Assembly: GCA_041736305.1 (NCBI GenBank)
Contig: JBGSTX010000290.1
Coordinates: forward strand, 1 to 14,312
DNA from: Oligoflexus sp.
GTDB taxonomy: Bacteria > Bdellovibrionota_B > Oligoflexia > Oligoflexales > Oligoflexaceae
Reading direction: 5' to 3'
DNA: 14,312 nucleotides
Shown: positions 1-9,306 of the stretch, in pieces
How positions within the stretch are numbered: the stretch's first letter is position 1
Layout of the letters: each line of letters opens with the position of its first letter
Notes under the pieces: model-generated
Told to the model about the DNA's origin: nothing
Databases searched by the model: none
The model's input: only the letters and a program-made list of their open reading frames with translations
Program-made: the position numbers and the translations under genes

Positions 1-56
1 AGCGTACGACGGTTTTTGTAGGCCTCAACGAGGGCAGTATCCAAAGGAGATTTTTG

Positions 57-464
57 ATGAACGAGATTCTCAACAAGGTGCAGACTGATTTTAACAAATT
101 GCAGAAGACTCTAGAACGTGAGGGCGAAGTGTTGATATCGAAGATCAGGGATGCAGCTAACAAAGCCGCAAGCAACAAAAGCGTAGTGGCCAAGCGTAAA
201 GAATTCGAAAAAATGGTCGAATCCCAGTTTAAGAAATTCGAACCAGCTCTCGACAAATTCTACAAAGATCTCAAAGTGACGGCCCAAAAATACGGCGTAA
301 ATCTCGAGAAGATTGAAGAAGGCGTCAAATCTACGAGCGAAAAGGCCAAGGTCCGCCTCAAGCGTGAACGCACTTCGACTAAGACTAAGGGCGACGCTAA
401 AGACCGTCAAAGCAGTAAGAAAACCAACTCGGCTTCGAAAAAGAAAGCCAGTAAAAAGGGCTAG
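57..464 (+). CDS. Hypothetical lysine-rich alpha-helical protein with basic C-terminal tail (phasin/PhaF-like architecture possible)
   Basis: SD AAAGGAG at 43-49, ATG at 57, TAG at 462-464. The body reads as amphipathic helices and the tail is K/S/A-rich (SSKKTNSASKKKASKKG). No family motif recognised. Confidence 0.8.
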   Translation: MNEILNKVQTDFNKLQKTLEREGEVLISKIRDAANKAASNKSVVAKRKEFEKMVESQFKKFEPALDKFYKDLKVTAQKYGVNLEKIEEGVKSTSEKAKVRLKRERTSTKTKGDAKDRQSSKKTNSASKKKASKKG

Positions 465-466
465 GA

Positions 467-1591
467 TTGGACGGACAGGTACAGGAACTACTCGAGCAAG
501 GCCCAGGGCCTGAGCTCGGTTCTATTCTAGTAGAATGGTTTCAGCACAACCAACGCGAGCTGCCGTGGCGAACGCTTTTTGCGGAGACGCGCGATCCTTT
601 CGCTATCTGGATCTCAGAAATCATGCTGCAGCAGACGACGATTCAGGTTGTTATTCCCGCCTATCGCCGATTTCTCAAGGCGTTTCCCAACGTCCGGGCT
701 TTAGCTGCTGCCGACGAAGATACGGTTCGTTTGGCTTGTCGGGGGCTGGGCTACTACCGTCGCTTTCGTATGATGCACGCCGCAGCGCGTGAGCTCATAG
801 CACGAACTAGGGCGAAAGGTCCTTTTCCCTGGCCTCGCAACTTTGCGGGTTGGCGAGAGTTGCCAGGAGTCGGTGATTACACGGCAGCGGCTGTCGTCTC
901 TATTGCTTTCGGCATTCCTAAGGCAGTGGTCGATGGCAATGTCGAAAGAGTTTTCTGTCGACTTTTCGATCTGCGGGTAGTGCCCGATCCCAAGCTCAAA
1001 AAAGTATTTCAAAAAGTCGGCGATCAGCTTATCCCTGCTGATCATCCAGGAGCGTTCAATCAAGGGCTCATGGAACTCGGACAGACGATCTGCACGAAGC
1101 AAAAACCTGCTTGCCCAAGCTGCCCTTTGCAGGGCTTTTGCCTCGCTTATGCACGAGGCAGTCAAGCTTTGGCACCTCAGCCGAAGAAAGCACCCGATTA
1201 TCTTGATGTCGAACTGCACCTACTCGTCATGCGGAGAGACCAGAAGGTAGCGCTGGTTCAAAGGGCGGCTAACGCTCGCTTTTTAGGTGGAACCTTGGGC
1301 TTCCCGACTGCCATCGAGGAGGAAGGTGGTAGCCTGCGCTGGGAGACCAAAGGCGACTGGCCCGAACTCAAGAACTCCGAAGCTCTAGGCCTCTTCCAGC
1401 ATTCAATCACCAAGCACCGCATTTCAGCTCGCGTTCACCAAATCGATATGCCTCTCAAGCTGCCGAGCTTGGTTTGGGTTCCTCTCGAAGATCTCGAAAC
1501 TCAGCTCCTTTCCAATCTCGACCGTAAAGCTTTGCGCGTCATTCTCAAAAACTCTACGGCATTTGCTCTGGATACGGGCTTTCTCAACTGA
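467..1591 (+). CDS. mutY: A/G-specific adenine DNA glycosylase MutY
   Basis: Motifs RELPWR, WISEIMLQQT (catalytic Glu), GLGYY, HhH LPGVGDYTA, VDGNVERV (catalytic Asp), NQGLMELG, 4Fe-4S motif C-x6-C-x2-C-x5-C (CTKQKPACPSCPLQGFC), and a C-terminal NUDIX-like domain with HSITKH. TTG start 2 nt after the upstream stop; exact start uncertain. Confidence 0.95.
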   Translation: MDGQVQELLEQGPGPELGSILVEWFQHNQRELPWRTLFAETRDPFAIWISEIMLQQTTIQVVIPAYRRFLKAFPNVRALAAADEDTVRLACRGLGYYRRFRMMHAAARELIARTRAKGPFPWPRNFAGWRELPGVGDYTAAAVVSIAFGIPKAVVDGNVERVFCRLFDLRVVPDPKLKKVFQKVGDQLIPADHPGAFNQGLMELGQTICTKQKPACPSCPLQGFCLAYARGSQALAPQPKKAPDYLDVELHLLVMRRDQKVALVQRAANARFLGGTLGFPTAIEEEGGSLRWETKGDWPELKNSEALGLFQHSITKHRISARVHQIDMPLKLPSLVWVPLEDLETQLLSNLDRKALRVILKNSTAFALDTGFLN

Positions 1592-1616
1592 TTTCCCTTC
1601 TCTTTTGGAGTTGTAT

Positions 1617-2447
1617 ATGACAAAGGTCCGTTCTTTGCTGACGAGTTTCGCCTTATTCTCCCTGAGTTCTAGTCTCAGCCTAGCCGCCACGGGGGGCCGA
1701 CTCCTCACCTGCCGCGTTCCCTTCGACTATGATAGCGCCGAAGTTGAGCAAGACTTCGTCGCGCAGTGCATCAAAAATCTGCAGCTCACTTCACGCGATA
1801 CGCTACAAGTCGTGGCATCGGCAACACCGCAAGGGACTCGTAGCTACAATGAGGCTTTGTCGAAGAAGCGTGCGGAGAATCTCAGCAAGGCCTTTGTCGC
1901 CCGCGTTCCCGGACTCGAGGTGCGAGCCATTGCTATTGGTCCTATTCCAAAAAACGGTCTGCTAGCCCAAGCTTCAGCGCCCGAGACTACAACTGGCACC
2001 TCAGGTATGACTAAGGAAGCGAGCGCGCCGGGTACTGGCTATTGGAAAGTCGGCCCAAGGTTGGGACGCGATCGGACGTTTATCGAAGAAAAGACCAGCT
2101 ACTTCGCTCCAGGAGTCGAACTCAGCTACGTGCCGACTCTCGCTAATCCCAATATGTATGCGGAATTTTCTTTGCTGGGCAACGTCTACACCTTCGTCGA
2201 TAATACGAAAATGACCTCAGTTCACCTGGCGCCTATGCTAGGCTACATTGATCCAGGCAGCGGGATGATCGCCGGTCTTCGCGGTCTGGGTGGTCTCGTG
2301 TCGAGCAATGTCACGAAAAGTGATCTGGGCGACGGGGGAGCAGAACTTCGCATCGGCAAGCAAACGCGTCAGTGGACGGCATTTTTAGGAGTCGGCCAGA
2401 CTCGAATTTTACAACGAGTCGGCGTCGACCTAGGTTACCGTTTCTAA
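1617..2447 (+). CDS. Secreted protein: signal peptide + OmpA/MotB-like domain + predicted C-terminal outer-membrane beta-barrel
   Basis: SD GGAG at 1607-1610 and ATG at 1617 (the ORF-track start 1563 overlaps mutY). Signal peptide ends SLA. OmpA-like signature FDYDSA...G..SYNEALSKKRA...AIG. The C-terminal part has alternating amphipathic strands ending VDLGYRF. Confidence 0.75.
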   Translation: MTKVRSLLTSFALFSLSSSLSLAATGGRLLTCRVPFDYDSAEVEQDFVAQCIKNLQLTSRDTLQVVASATPQGTRSYNEALSKKRAENLSKAFVARVPGLEVRAIAIGPIPKNGLLAQASAPETTTGTSGMTKEASAPGTGYWKVGPRLGRDRTFIEEKTSYFAPGVELSYVPTLANPNMYAEFSLLGNVYTFVDNTKMTSVHLAPMLGYIDPGSGMIAGLRGLGGLVSSNVTKSDLGDGGAELRIGKQTRQWTAFLGVGQTRILQRVGVDLGYRF

Positions 2448-2448
2448 A

Positions 2449-3948
2449 TCAACTGTGTTGAAGCTCGGCAGCGCCTACCATTACGCGCAGTCCGAAGCCG
2501 CTGCCGCCGCTACCGTGATAGCCCGTAGCGCTGCAGCTCCAGGCGGTGCCAGCTACATCGAGATGGGCCCATTCACAGCGGTGATCCTTCACAAATTCTC
2601 TCAGGAAGAGCCCACCCATGATCGGCCCAGCTTTGACATTGGGTTTGGCGATGTTTTTGTAATCGGCTAGCTGACTCGAGACTTCAGAGTCGAGTTCGGG
2701 CCAGAAGGGCAGTTGCCACAAGGGTTCACCGACACGCTCTGCTACGTGCTTGAGATAATCTGCGGTCTTCTGCTCTTTGGTCATCAAACCAGCTCCCGCA
2801 TGGCCGAGACCGAAGATTACGGCTCCCGTTAGCGTCGCAATATCGATGACGAGATCAGGGTTGAATTTATCCAAGACATAACTCAAAACGTCGGCGAGCA
2901 CGAGCCGTCCTTCGGCATCGGTATTGAGTATCTCGATGGTCTTACCGTTGTAGGCCTTGACCACGTCGCCAGGTTTTGTCGCCTGCGGACCGAGCATGTT
3001 CTCAACAGCTCCCAGCGCACAGACCACGTCGATAGGTGGTTTGACAGCCAGGAAATAATGGGCTGCACCCAAGACAGCGGCAGCTCCAGACATATCATAT
3101 TTCATTTCTTCGAGACCGGCCGAAGGCTTGATATTGATGCCGCCGGCATCGAAGGTCACGCCTTTGCCAACCAAAGCTAGAGTCTTGCTACTATCGTGGC
3201 CCTGGATTCTGATCGTAATCAGTTTCGGCTCACCGTGCGAACCTTGGCCAACGCTGAGAAAAGAGCCCATTCCGAGCTGCTGCATTTCTTTTTTGCCTAG
3301 GACCTGCAGGGTAGCATGGCTTTGCTCGAAGAGATCGCGGCTGATCTGAGCGAACTGATCGGGGTCCATGAAATTAGCAGGCGCTTCTTGCATCCACTTG
3401 GTAAGAACCAGAGCTTTGGCAAGTTCATGCCGCTTTTTGATCTCAGCTGCTTCTTGGCTCACTACGCTTACGTGCTGCGGTAGCTCGAGATTCGATTTGG
3501 ATTTAAAGGCTGCACCGTCTTCGAAGCCGATCAGAAAACCTTCGAGGATATCGAGCGCGAGCAACTTATCGCAGCTGGCTATTTGTACGTCTTTGAGTTT
3601 GCTCTTAGCGAGAGCCGCGGCAGCATCGAGTCCTAGTTGTCGCGCTAGCTGCACGGGGCCGGTCTTAACACTGCTCTGGGCTAGCAAGAGGAATTTCTTC
3701 CCCTCAACGACGAGGCGCAATTGTTTCTCGGCAAGCGTCCAGGACTGAGCTTCCAGTTCCTTTTTCAGTTTTGCTTGCCACTGGCTATCCAGGACGGCGC
3801 TGCAAAGCTGCAGCTGGTCGTTCTCATTGCGTACCGAGACGAGATTCCATGCCTGCTCCGAGAGGCCTTTGGCCTGCTCTATTTTCAGCTGACCAAGCCA
3901 CTGGAAAGACTTGGGCAGGTAATCCTTCCACGAAGAATAAACCAACAT
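2449..3948 (-). CDS. pepA: Leucyl aminopeptidase (M17 family)
   Basis: Metal-binding/catalytic motifs LVGKGVTFDAGG, MKYDMSGAA, NTDAEGRLVLAD, DIATLTGA and WAHLDVAG are all intact. Confidence 0.95.
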   Translation of the reverse strand: MLVYSSWKDYLPKSFQWLGQLKIEQAKGLSEQAWNLVSVRNENDQLQLCSAVLDSQWQAKLKKELEAQSWTLAEKQLRLVVEGKKFLLLAQSSVKTGPVQLARQLGLDAAAALAKSKLKDVQIASCDKLLALDILEGFLIGFEDGAAFKSKSNLELPQHVSVVSQEAAEIKKRHELAKALVLTKWMQEAPANFMDPDQFAQISRDLFEQSHATLQVLGKKEMQQLGMGSFLSVGQGSHGEPKLITIRIQGHDSSKTLALVGKGVTFDAGGINIKPSAGLEEMKYDMSGAAAVLGAAHYFLAVKPPIDVVCALGAVENMLGPQATKPGDVVKAYNGKTIEILNTDAEGRLVLADVLSYVLDKFNPDLVIDIATLTGAVIFGLGHAGAGLMTKEQKTADYLKHVAERVGEPLWQLPFWPELDSEVSSQLADYKNIAKPNVKAGPIMGGLFLREFVKDHRCEWAHLDVAGTAWSCSATGYHGSGGSGFGLRVMVGAAELQHS

Positions 3949-4097
3949 GACAAAGTCCTTTCATATTTTAAAGGCCTAAGCCTTATCACAATCGCTTTCA
4001 ATTTGTCCAATACTCTAACCTAAGCCGAGGCCAGAGCCACGCTGTGATTGACTCATTGCCTTTCATGAGCTGAAAGTTCAATATACTGACCCACTAG

Positions 4098-5396
<1,299 letters not shown>

Positions 5397-5424
5397 GTTT
5401 TCCTCCACATACTCTCTTGCAATT

Positions 5425-5452
5425 CGGTCTCCGCTTGCCTGAGCGGGGACCG
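5425..5452. terminator. Hairpin between the convergent eno and HTH genes; possible bidirectional terminator
   Basis: CGGTCTCCGCT-tgcctg-AGCGGGGACCG forms an 11-bp stem with one G-U pair in the 58-bp gap between two convergent stops. U-tracts are weak on both sides. Confidence 0.5.
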
Positions 5453-5454
5453 CT

Positions 5455-5814
5455 TCACGAGAGCGGGGGATGCGCCGCCTCTTCCTCATGATGATGGTCC
5501 ATCCTACCCGGCCTATCCTTTGTCTTGATAAGATCGACGATGTCTCCTATTGTGCAATGGCTTTCGATGCGGTGACGCAAGGGTTTAGACAGATCGATAG
5601 CATAATTGTTCTTGCGTCCTTCCTTGCTCCGATGGATGTAACCATCCTCTTCAAGTTCAGCTACGATCCTTTGCACGGCCCGTTCTGTAATACCGACAGC
5701 AGCTGCCACTTCGCGTAGAACATTATCTGGATTTTGGGCCAATAGAATTAGTACATGAGCGTGGTTGGTCATAAAGGTCCAACCAGATCCGTCAGATTTT
5801 CTTACTTGTGTCAT
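5455..5814 (-). CDS. Winged helix-turn-helix transcriptional regulator (AsnC/MarR-like HTH, 'WTFxTNHAHVL' type)
   Basis: [11 protein letters not shown]...[42 protein letters not shown] at 5814 is preceded by AAAGGATGGGG on the minus strand; the longer ORF-track start (5976) adds sequence with no recognisable features. Confidence 0.88.
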   Translation of the reverse strand: MTQVRKSDGSGWTFMTNHAHVLILLAQNPDNVLREVAAAVGITERAVQRIVAELEEDGYIHRSKEGRKNNYAIDLSKPLRHRIESHCTIGDIVDLIKTKDRPGRMDHHHEEEAAHPPLS

Positions 5815-6208
5815 GGTGCCCCATCCTTTGGTGCCCCTTTGGAGGGTCTGTGAACATTTGATCACTTCCTCACATGCAAGATAACTTAGTCTCCTTCCTA
5901 TTACGATCCGACAAACATGATTTTTTGTGCAGATAGCTAGAGAGTCACCGGTAGTAATGCCTGCCGTTCTTTCCAAGCGACAGCTACTTTCTTAGAATCT
6001 CCTATCGCATCGGCCGTGGCAAGAATGTTTCACGATCTTCGTAGCACAAAACCCGCGGCCCGGCTTTCAGCGCATCTTTTGTGGGGATAAGCTCGTAGAA
6101 TATTTTGAGGGACCGCGTTCGGCCCAAGCTCAACATCTTTACATTTATACAATTATTATAGGTGGTTATAGATTTTTTTTCACAAATATACAAGAAACTG
6201 CACGAGCC

Positions 6209-6236
6209 TCAAGTTTTCAAACTAAGCAGCCGAAAC
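6209..6236 (+). promoter_or_regulatory. Candidate sigma-28 (FliA)-type promoter for the STAS-cheA-cheW genes
   Basis: TCAAGTTT (6209-6216)-N12-GCCGAAAC (6229-6236) versus consensus TAAAGTTT-N11-GCCGATAA. It lies about 50 bp upstream of a chemotaxis gene cluster and downstream of an AT-rich tract. The spacer is 1 nt long and there are mismatches. Confidence 0.4.
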
Positions 6237-6283
6237 CTTAGAAGACAGCGATCTTGCTTTTGCAGAGAAGAAAGAAGGCACCT

Positions 6284-6790
6284 ATGGGTGAAAAAACGTT
6301 GGTCAGCTTCGTCAACCTCGTCATCGAGATTGAGGCCAGTGCTAAGGCTGTTCACTATACTGTCAAAGGTGAAATTGACGAAAACTTTCGTCAGAAGGAA
6401 GTTCCGCGCCTTGGCCGGGAGGAGATTCACCTCCACCTGCGTGAAGTCGGCAATTTCAACTCCTGTGGTATCCGGGAATGGATTCATCTCATAAATGACC
6501 TATCGCGGCTCGGTTCTCTTTCCTTTCATGAATGTAGCGTTTCAGCTATCGACCAAATAAACATGGTGCCGAGTTCTCTCGGTGGTGGAACGGTTCATTC
6601 GTTTCACGCTCCTTATTACTGTCAGTGCGGACGTGAGCACACCAAACTCATCCACGTCCTTGAGCATGAATCGCAGTTGAAGGAGCTGCAAGCTCCTCAA
6701 TTCAAATGCCAATGTGGGCAGGTTTTGGAATTTGATGCGTTGGAAGAAAGTTACTTCCAATTCTTGATCGCCTTACCTCGAGCTGGATAG
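6284..6790 (+). CDS. STAS (anti-sigma antagonist)-like domain fused to a C-terminal CxC...CxC zinc-ribbon-like domain
   Basis: KGEID...LHLREVGNFNSCGIREW matches the STAS pattern (G.lD...D.s.v..idSsG). The C-terminus has YYCQCG...FKCQCG...FD..YFQFL. ATG at 6284 follows purine-rich AAGAAGG. Confidence 0.8.
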   Translation: MGEKTLVSFVNLVIEIEASAKAVHYTVKGEIDENFRQKEVPRLGREEIHLHLREVGNFNSCGIREWIHLINDLSRLGSLSFHECSVSAIDQINMVPSSLGGGTVHSFHAPYYCQCGREHTKLIHVLEHESQLKELQAPQFKCQCGQVLEFDALEESYFQFLIALPRAG

Positions 6791-6812
6791 TTCGAAAGAG
6801 GAGAGACTGGGC

Positions 6813-9296
6813 ATGGATGCTCTGGTCAAAACGGCAATCGAATCTCTCGTTAAGAAAATCCTACCTTCGCTCAAGCAAGAATTGAGCGCTGCGCTGGCGC
6901 AATCGTCTGAACGTCCTTCTGCTGAGCTGCAATATCTCCTCACTGAAAGCCGAGGGCTACTCGACCTTCTTCAGACTTGGTGCCCCCAATCTACCCAAGC
7001 TTCCCCTAAGAATACGCTTTCACCGGCGGCGGAAGACTTGAGCGATGACGAAGCCATGATGCTCATGGCTGATATGGGCGAGGCTCCCAAAGCTCCTAAG
7101 TCGTCTGGTTCCGACGACGATGAGTTGAGCGAAGACGAAGCCCAAGCTCTACTGATGGAACTGGAGACGCCCGCACCCAAGGCTAAGCTCGCTGCTGCGG
7201 CAGCTCCTGCCAAAGCCAAAGCGGGACCTATGGAAAATGACGAAGCCTCTCGTTTGCTAGCTGAAATGGATGCACCCCTGCCTGCAAAAGCGGGAGCGAT
7301 GGAAGATGACGAAACCTCTCGCTTACTAGCTGAAATGGATGCGCCGCTGCCTGCAAAAGCGAAATCTATGGACGATGATGAAGCGTCTCGACTCCTCGCT
7401 GAAATGGATGACCCCGTGCCGGCTCCTGCCGCCAAAGCCAGCGTAGCTGCTCCCGCAGCTCCTCCGCCGGTGGCCGCTGCCGTATCAGCCGCTGATGAAG
7501 AGGAACTCAAAGAAATTCCAGAGTGGGAAGCCAACGACTTCCAATCTGATCCCTCGATGCTGAACGACTTTATCACCAATGCCGATGAACTCATGCAGAC
7601 TGTGGATGAAGCTATTCTCCGGCTCGAGCAGGAGCCTGGAAACAAGAGCATTATCGAAGAAATTTTCCGTGCAGCCCATACCCTCAAGGGTGGCTCAGGA
7701 ATGTTCGGTTTCAAGGGCATAGAGCGCGTCATGCACCGCATGGAAAACCTCTTCGACCTGATCCGTAAAGACAAACTAGTGCCGAATTCAGATATCATCG
7801 ATACGGTTTTCCAAGGTATCGACCTCCTGAGGACGCTGCTCAAAGCGATTAAAGACGGTAAACCCTCAGGTGTGCTCACCGCTCCCGTGGTCTATGCTCT
7901 CAGTCAGGCGGCTAAAGGCAAGGCTATGGCCAAGGGCAGTGTCAAAGCTCCAGCAGCTGCCTCTGAGGCCGCTCTAGCGCCAACAGCCGTGCGCACCGAA
8001 GCTAAAGACTCGCCAGAGAAGAAAGAGGATCCGGGTAAGAAAAAAGAACAATCGACTATCCGGGTCGACCTCGAGAGACTGGACGTGCTCGTCAATCTAG
8101 TCGGTGAACTTGTCATCGACCGCACGCGTTTTGCGAGTATCGAGGAAGAGCTCCGCACCAATCATCCGCAAATCAAGCTCGGCAGCAGCTTCTCTGAGAC
8201 TGTCCAGCTCTTCGGCCGCCATATGAATGAGATTCAGGACATAATCATGAAAGTGAGGATGGTCCCGATTGGCAACGCTTTCAATAAATTTACCCGCGTC
8301 GTGCGCGATTTAGCTCGCTCCCTCGATAAGAAGATCGATCTCGTCATCAACGGCGAAGCCGCTGAGCTGGATAAGACTTTAGTCGAACAAATCGGGGATC
8401 CGCTGATTCACCTGATTAGAAATTCCTGTGACCACGGTATAGAAATACCTGAAAATCGTGTTAAGCAAGGCAAGGATCCGACGGGCCGCATCTTCCTGTC
8501 TGCTTTCCAAGAAGGTAATCAAATCGTCATCAAAATCGAAGACGACGGCAAGGGGATGGATCCGCAGTGGATTCGGCGCAAGGCCATAGAAAAGGGCCTA
8601 GTGAGTGAAGAAGAGCAGATGTCAAATCGGGATATTCTGAATCTGATCTTTGAGCCCGGATTTTCTACCGCGGAAAAAGTCACCAACATCAGCGGCCGCG
8701 GTGTTGGTATGGACGTTGTAAAAAAGCAGATTCAAAAGCTCAAGGGTGTAATCGAACTCGACAGTGCTGCTGGCAAGGGAACGACGACGACGATCCGCCT
8801 ACCGCTGACTTTGGCGATAGTGCAGAGTCTGCTGGTCCGCTCGCGCGGCGAGACCTTCGCTATACCCCTCGGTACAGTTATCGAGTCGATCCGTATATCA
8901 CCTCGCGATATTCAACGCATCGGCGATGTCGAAATCTATCGCTTGCGTGATACAGTCTTACCCCTCGTGCATTTGGATGAAGCGATGAATCTGGCTTCGC
9001 AGGAGGGCAGCGTGTCTGATCTGCTCAAGCAGCGCCAGGTCTCCCGACGTACACGGATAAAGACCGACCGTCTATTTGTGGTCGTCGTCGGACAGGCCGA
9101 CCGTCCTACTGGTATAGTCGTGGATCAGCTCTTAAATCAGCAAGAAATGGTTATCAAGTCGATGGGTCCTCTGATGAAGAATATTCCATGTATCGCCGGC
9201 GGAGCCGTACTCGGCCACGGAGAAGTTGTTTTAGTTCTCGATATACCTGAACTAGAGGCCGTAAGCCGCGGCCGTGGACGCGGTCAAGCCGCATAG
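6813..9296 (+). CDS. cheA: Chemotaxis histidine kinase CheA with long N-terminal extension and no apparent P2 domain
   Basis: P1 IFRAAHTLKG (His289), P3 STIRVDLERLDVLVNLVGELVI, P4 HLIRNSCDHG / DDGKG / IFEPGFST / SGRGVGMDVV, and P5 LPLTLAI...VDQL..QQEMVIK. SD AGAGGAG upstream. Confidence 0.97.
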   Translation: MDALVKTAIESLVKKILPSLKQELSAALAQSSERPSAELQYLLTESRGLLDLLQTWCPQSTQASPKNTLSPAAEDLSDDEAMMLMADMGEAPKAPKSSGSDDDELSEDEAQALLMELETPAPKAKLAAAAAPAKAKAGPMENDEASRLLAEMDAPLPAKAGAMEDDETSRLLAEMDAPLPAKAKSMDDDEASRLLAEMDDPVPAPAAKASVAAPAAPPPVAAAVSAADEEELKEIPEWEANDFQSDPSMLNDFITNADELMQTVDEAILRLEQEPGNKSIIEEIFRAAHTLKGGSGMFGFKGIERVMHRMENLFDLIRKDKLVPNSDIIDTVFQGIDLLRTLLKAIKDGKPSGVLTAPVVYALSQAAKGKAMAKGSVKAPAAASEAALAPTAVRTEAKDSPEKKEDPGKKKEQSTIRVDLERLDVLVNLVGELVIDRTRFASIEEELRTNHPQIKLGSSFSETVQLFGRHMNEIQDIIMKVRMVPIGNAFNKFTRVVRDLARSLDKKIDLVINGEAAELDKTLVEQIGDPLIHLIRNSCDHGIEIPENRVKQGKDPTGRIFLSAFQEGNQIVIKIEDDGKGMDPQWIRRKAIEKGLVSEEEQMSNRDILNLIFEPGFSTAEKVTNISGRGVGMDVVKKQIQKLKGVIELDSAAGKGTTTTIRLPLTLAIVQSLLVRSRGETFAIPLGTVIESIRISPRDIQRIGDVEIYRLRDTVLPLVHLDEAMNLASQEGSVSDLLKQRQVSRRTRIKTDRLFVVVVGQADRPTGIVVDQLLNQQEMVIKSMGPLMKNIPCIAGGAVLGHGEVVLVLDIPELEAVSRGRGRGQAA
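7218..7424 (+). repeat. Three-copy 69-bp (23-aa) in-frame tandem repeat within cheA
   Basis: The ATG of each unit lies at 7230, 7299 and 7368 (period 69). Units: KAGPMENDEASRLLAEMDAPLPA / KAGAMEDDETSRLLAEMDAPLPA / KAKSMDDDEASRLLAEMDDPVPA. Many differences between units are synonymous. Confidence 0.95.
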
Positions 9297-9306
9297 GAGC
9301 ACCGTG

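Noticed and set aside
4048-4087. Sigma-70 promoter for eno (TTGACT or TTGCCT with TATACT) and the CTTTCA/TGAAAG inverted repeat
   Set aside because: TATACT at 4082-87 is plausible, but the -35 candidates are 20 and 28 nt away, and a 6-bp inverted repeat is expected by chance.
5815-5976. ORF-track N-terminal extensions (5976 for the HTH gene; likewise 1563, 4101, 6254, 9274)
   Set aside because: Downstream ATGs have better SD sequences and match the expected domain starts.
6002-6494. Small ORFs 6002-6193, 6162-6494 and 6209-6487
   Set aside because: No recognisable motifs or convincing RBS; they overlap AT-rich promoter DNA or the STAS gene.
7218-7424. 69-bp periodic repeat as a CRISPR array
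   Set aside because: No unique spacers; the units are in-frame coding repeats with synonymous variation; no cas genes.
6971-7879. 302-aa antisense ORF opposite cheA
   Set aside because: Ser/Ala-rich shadow of the cheA codon pattern with no recognisable domain.
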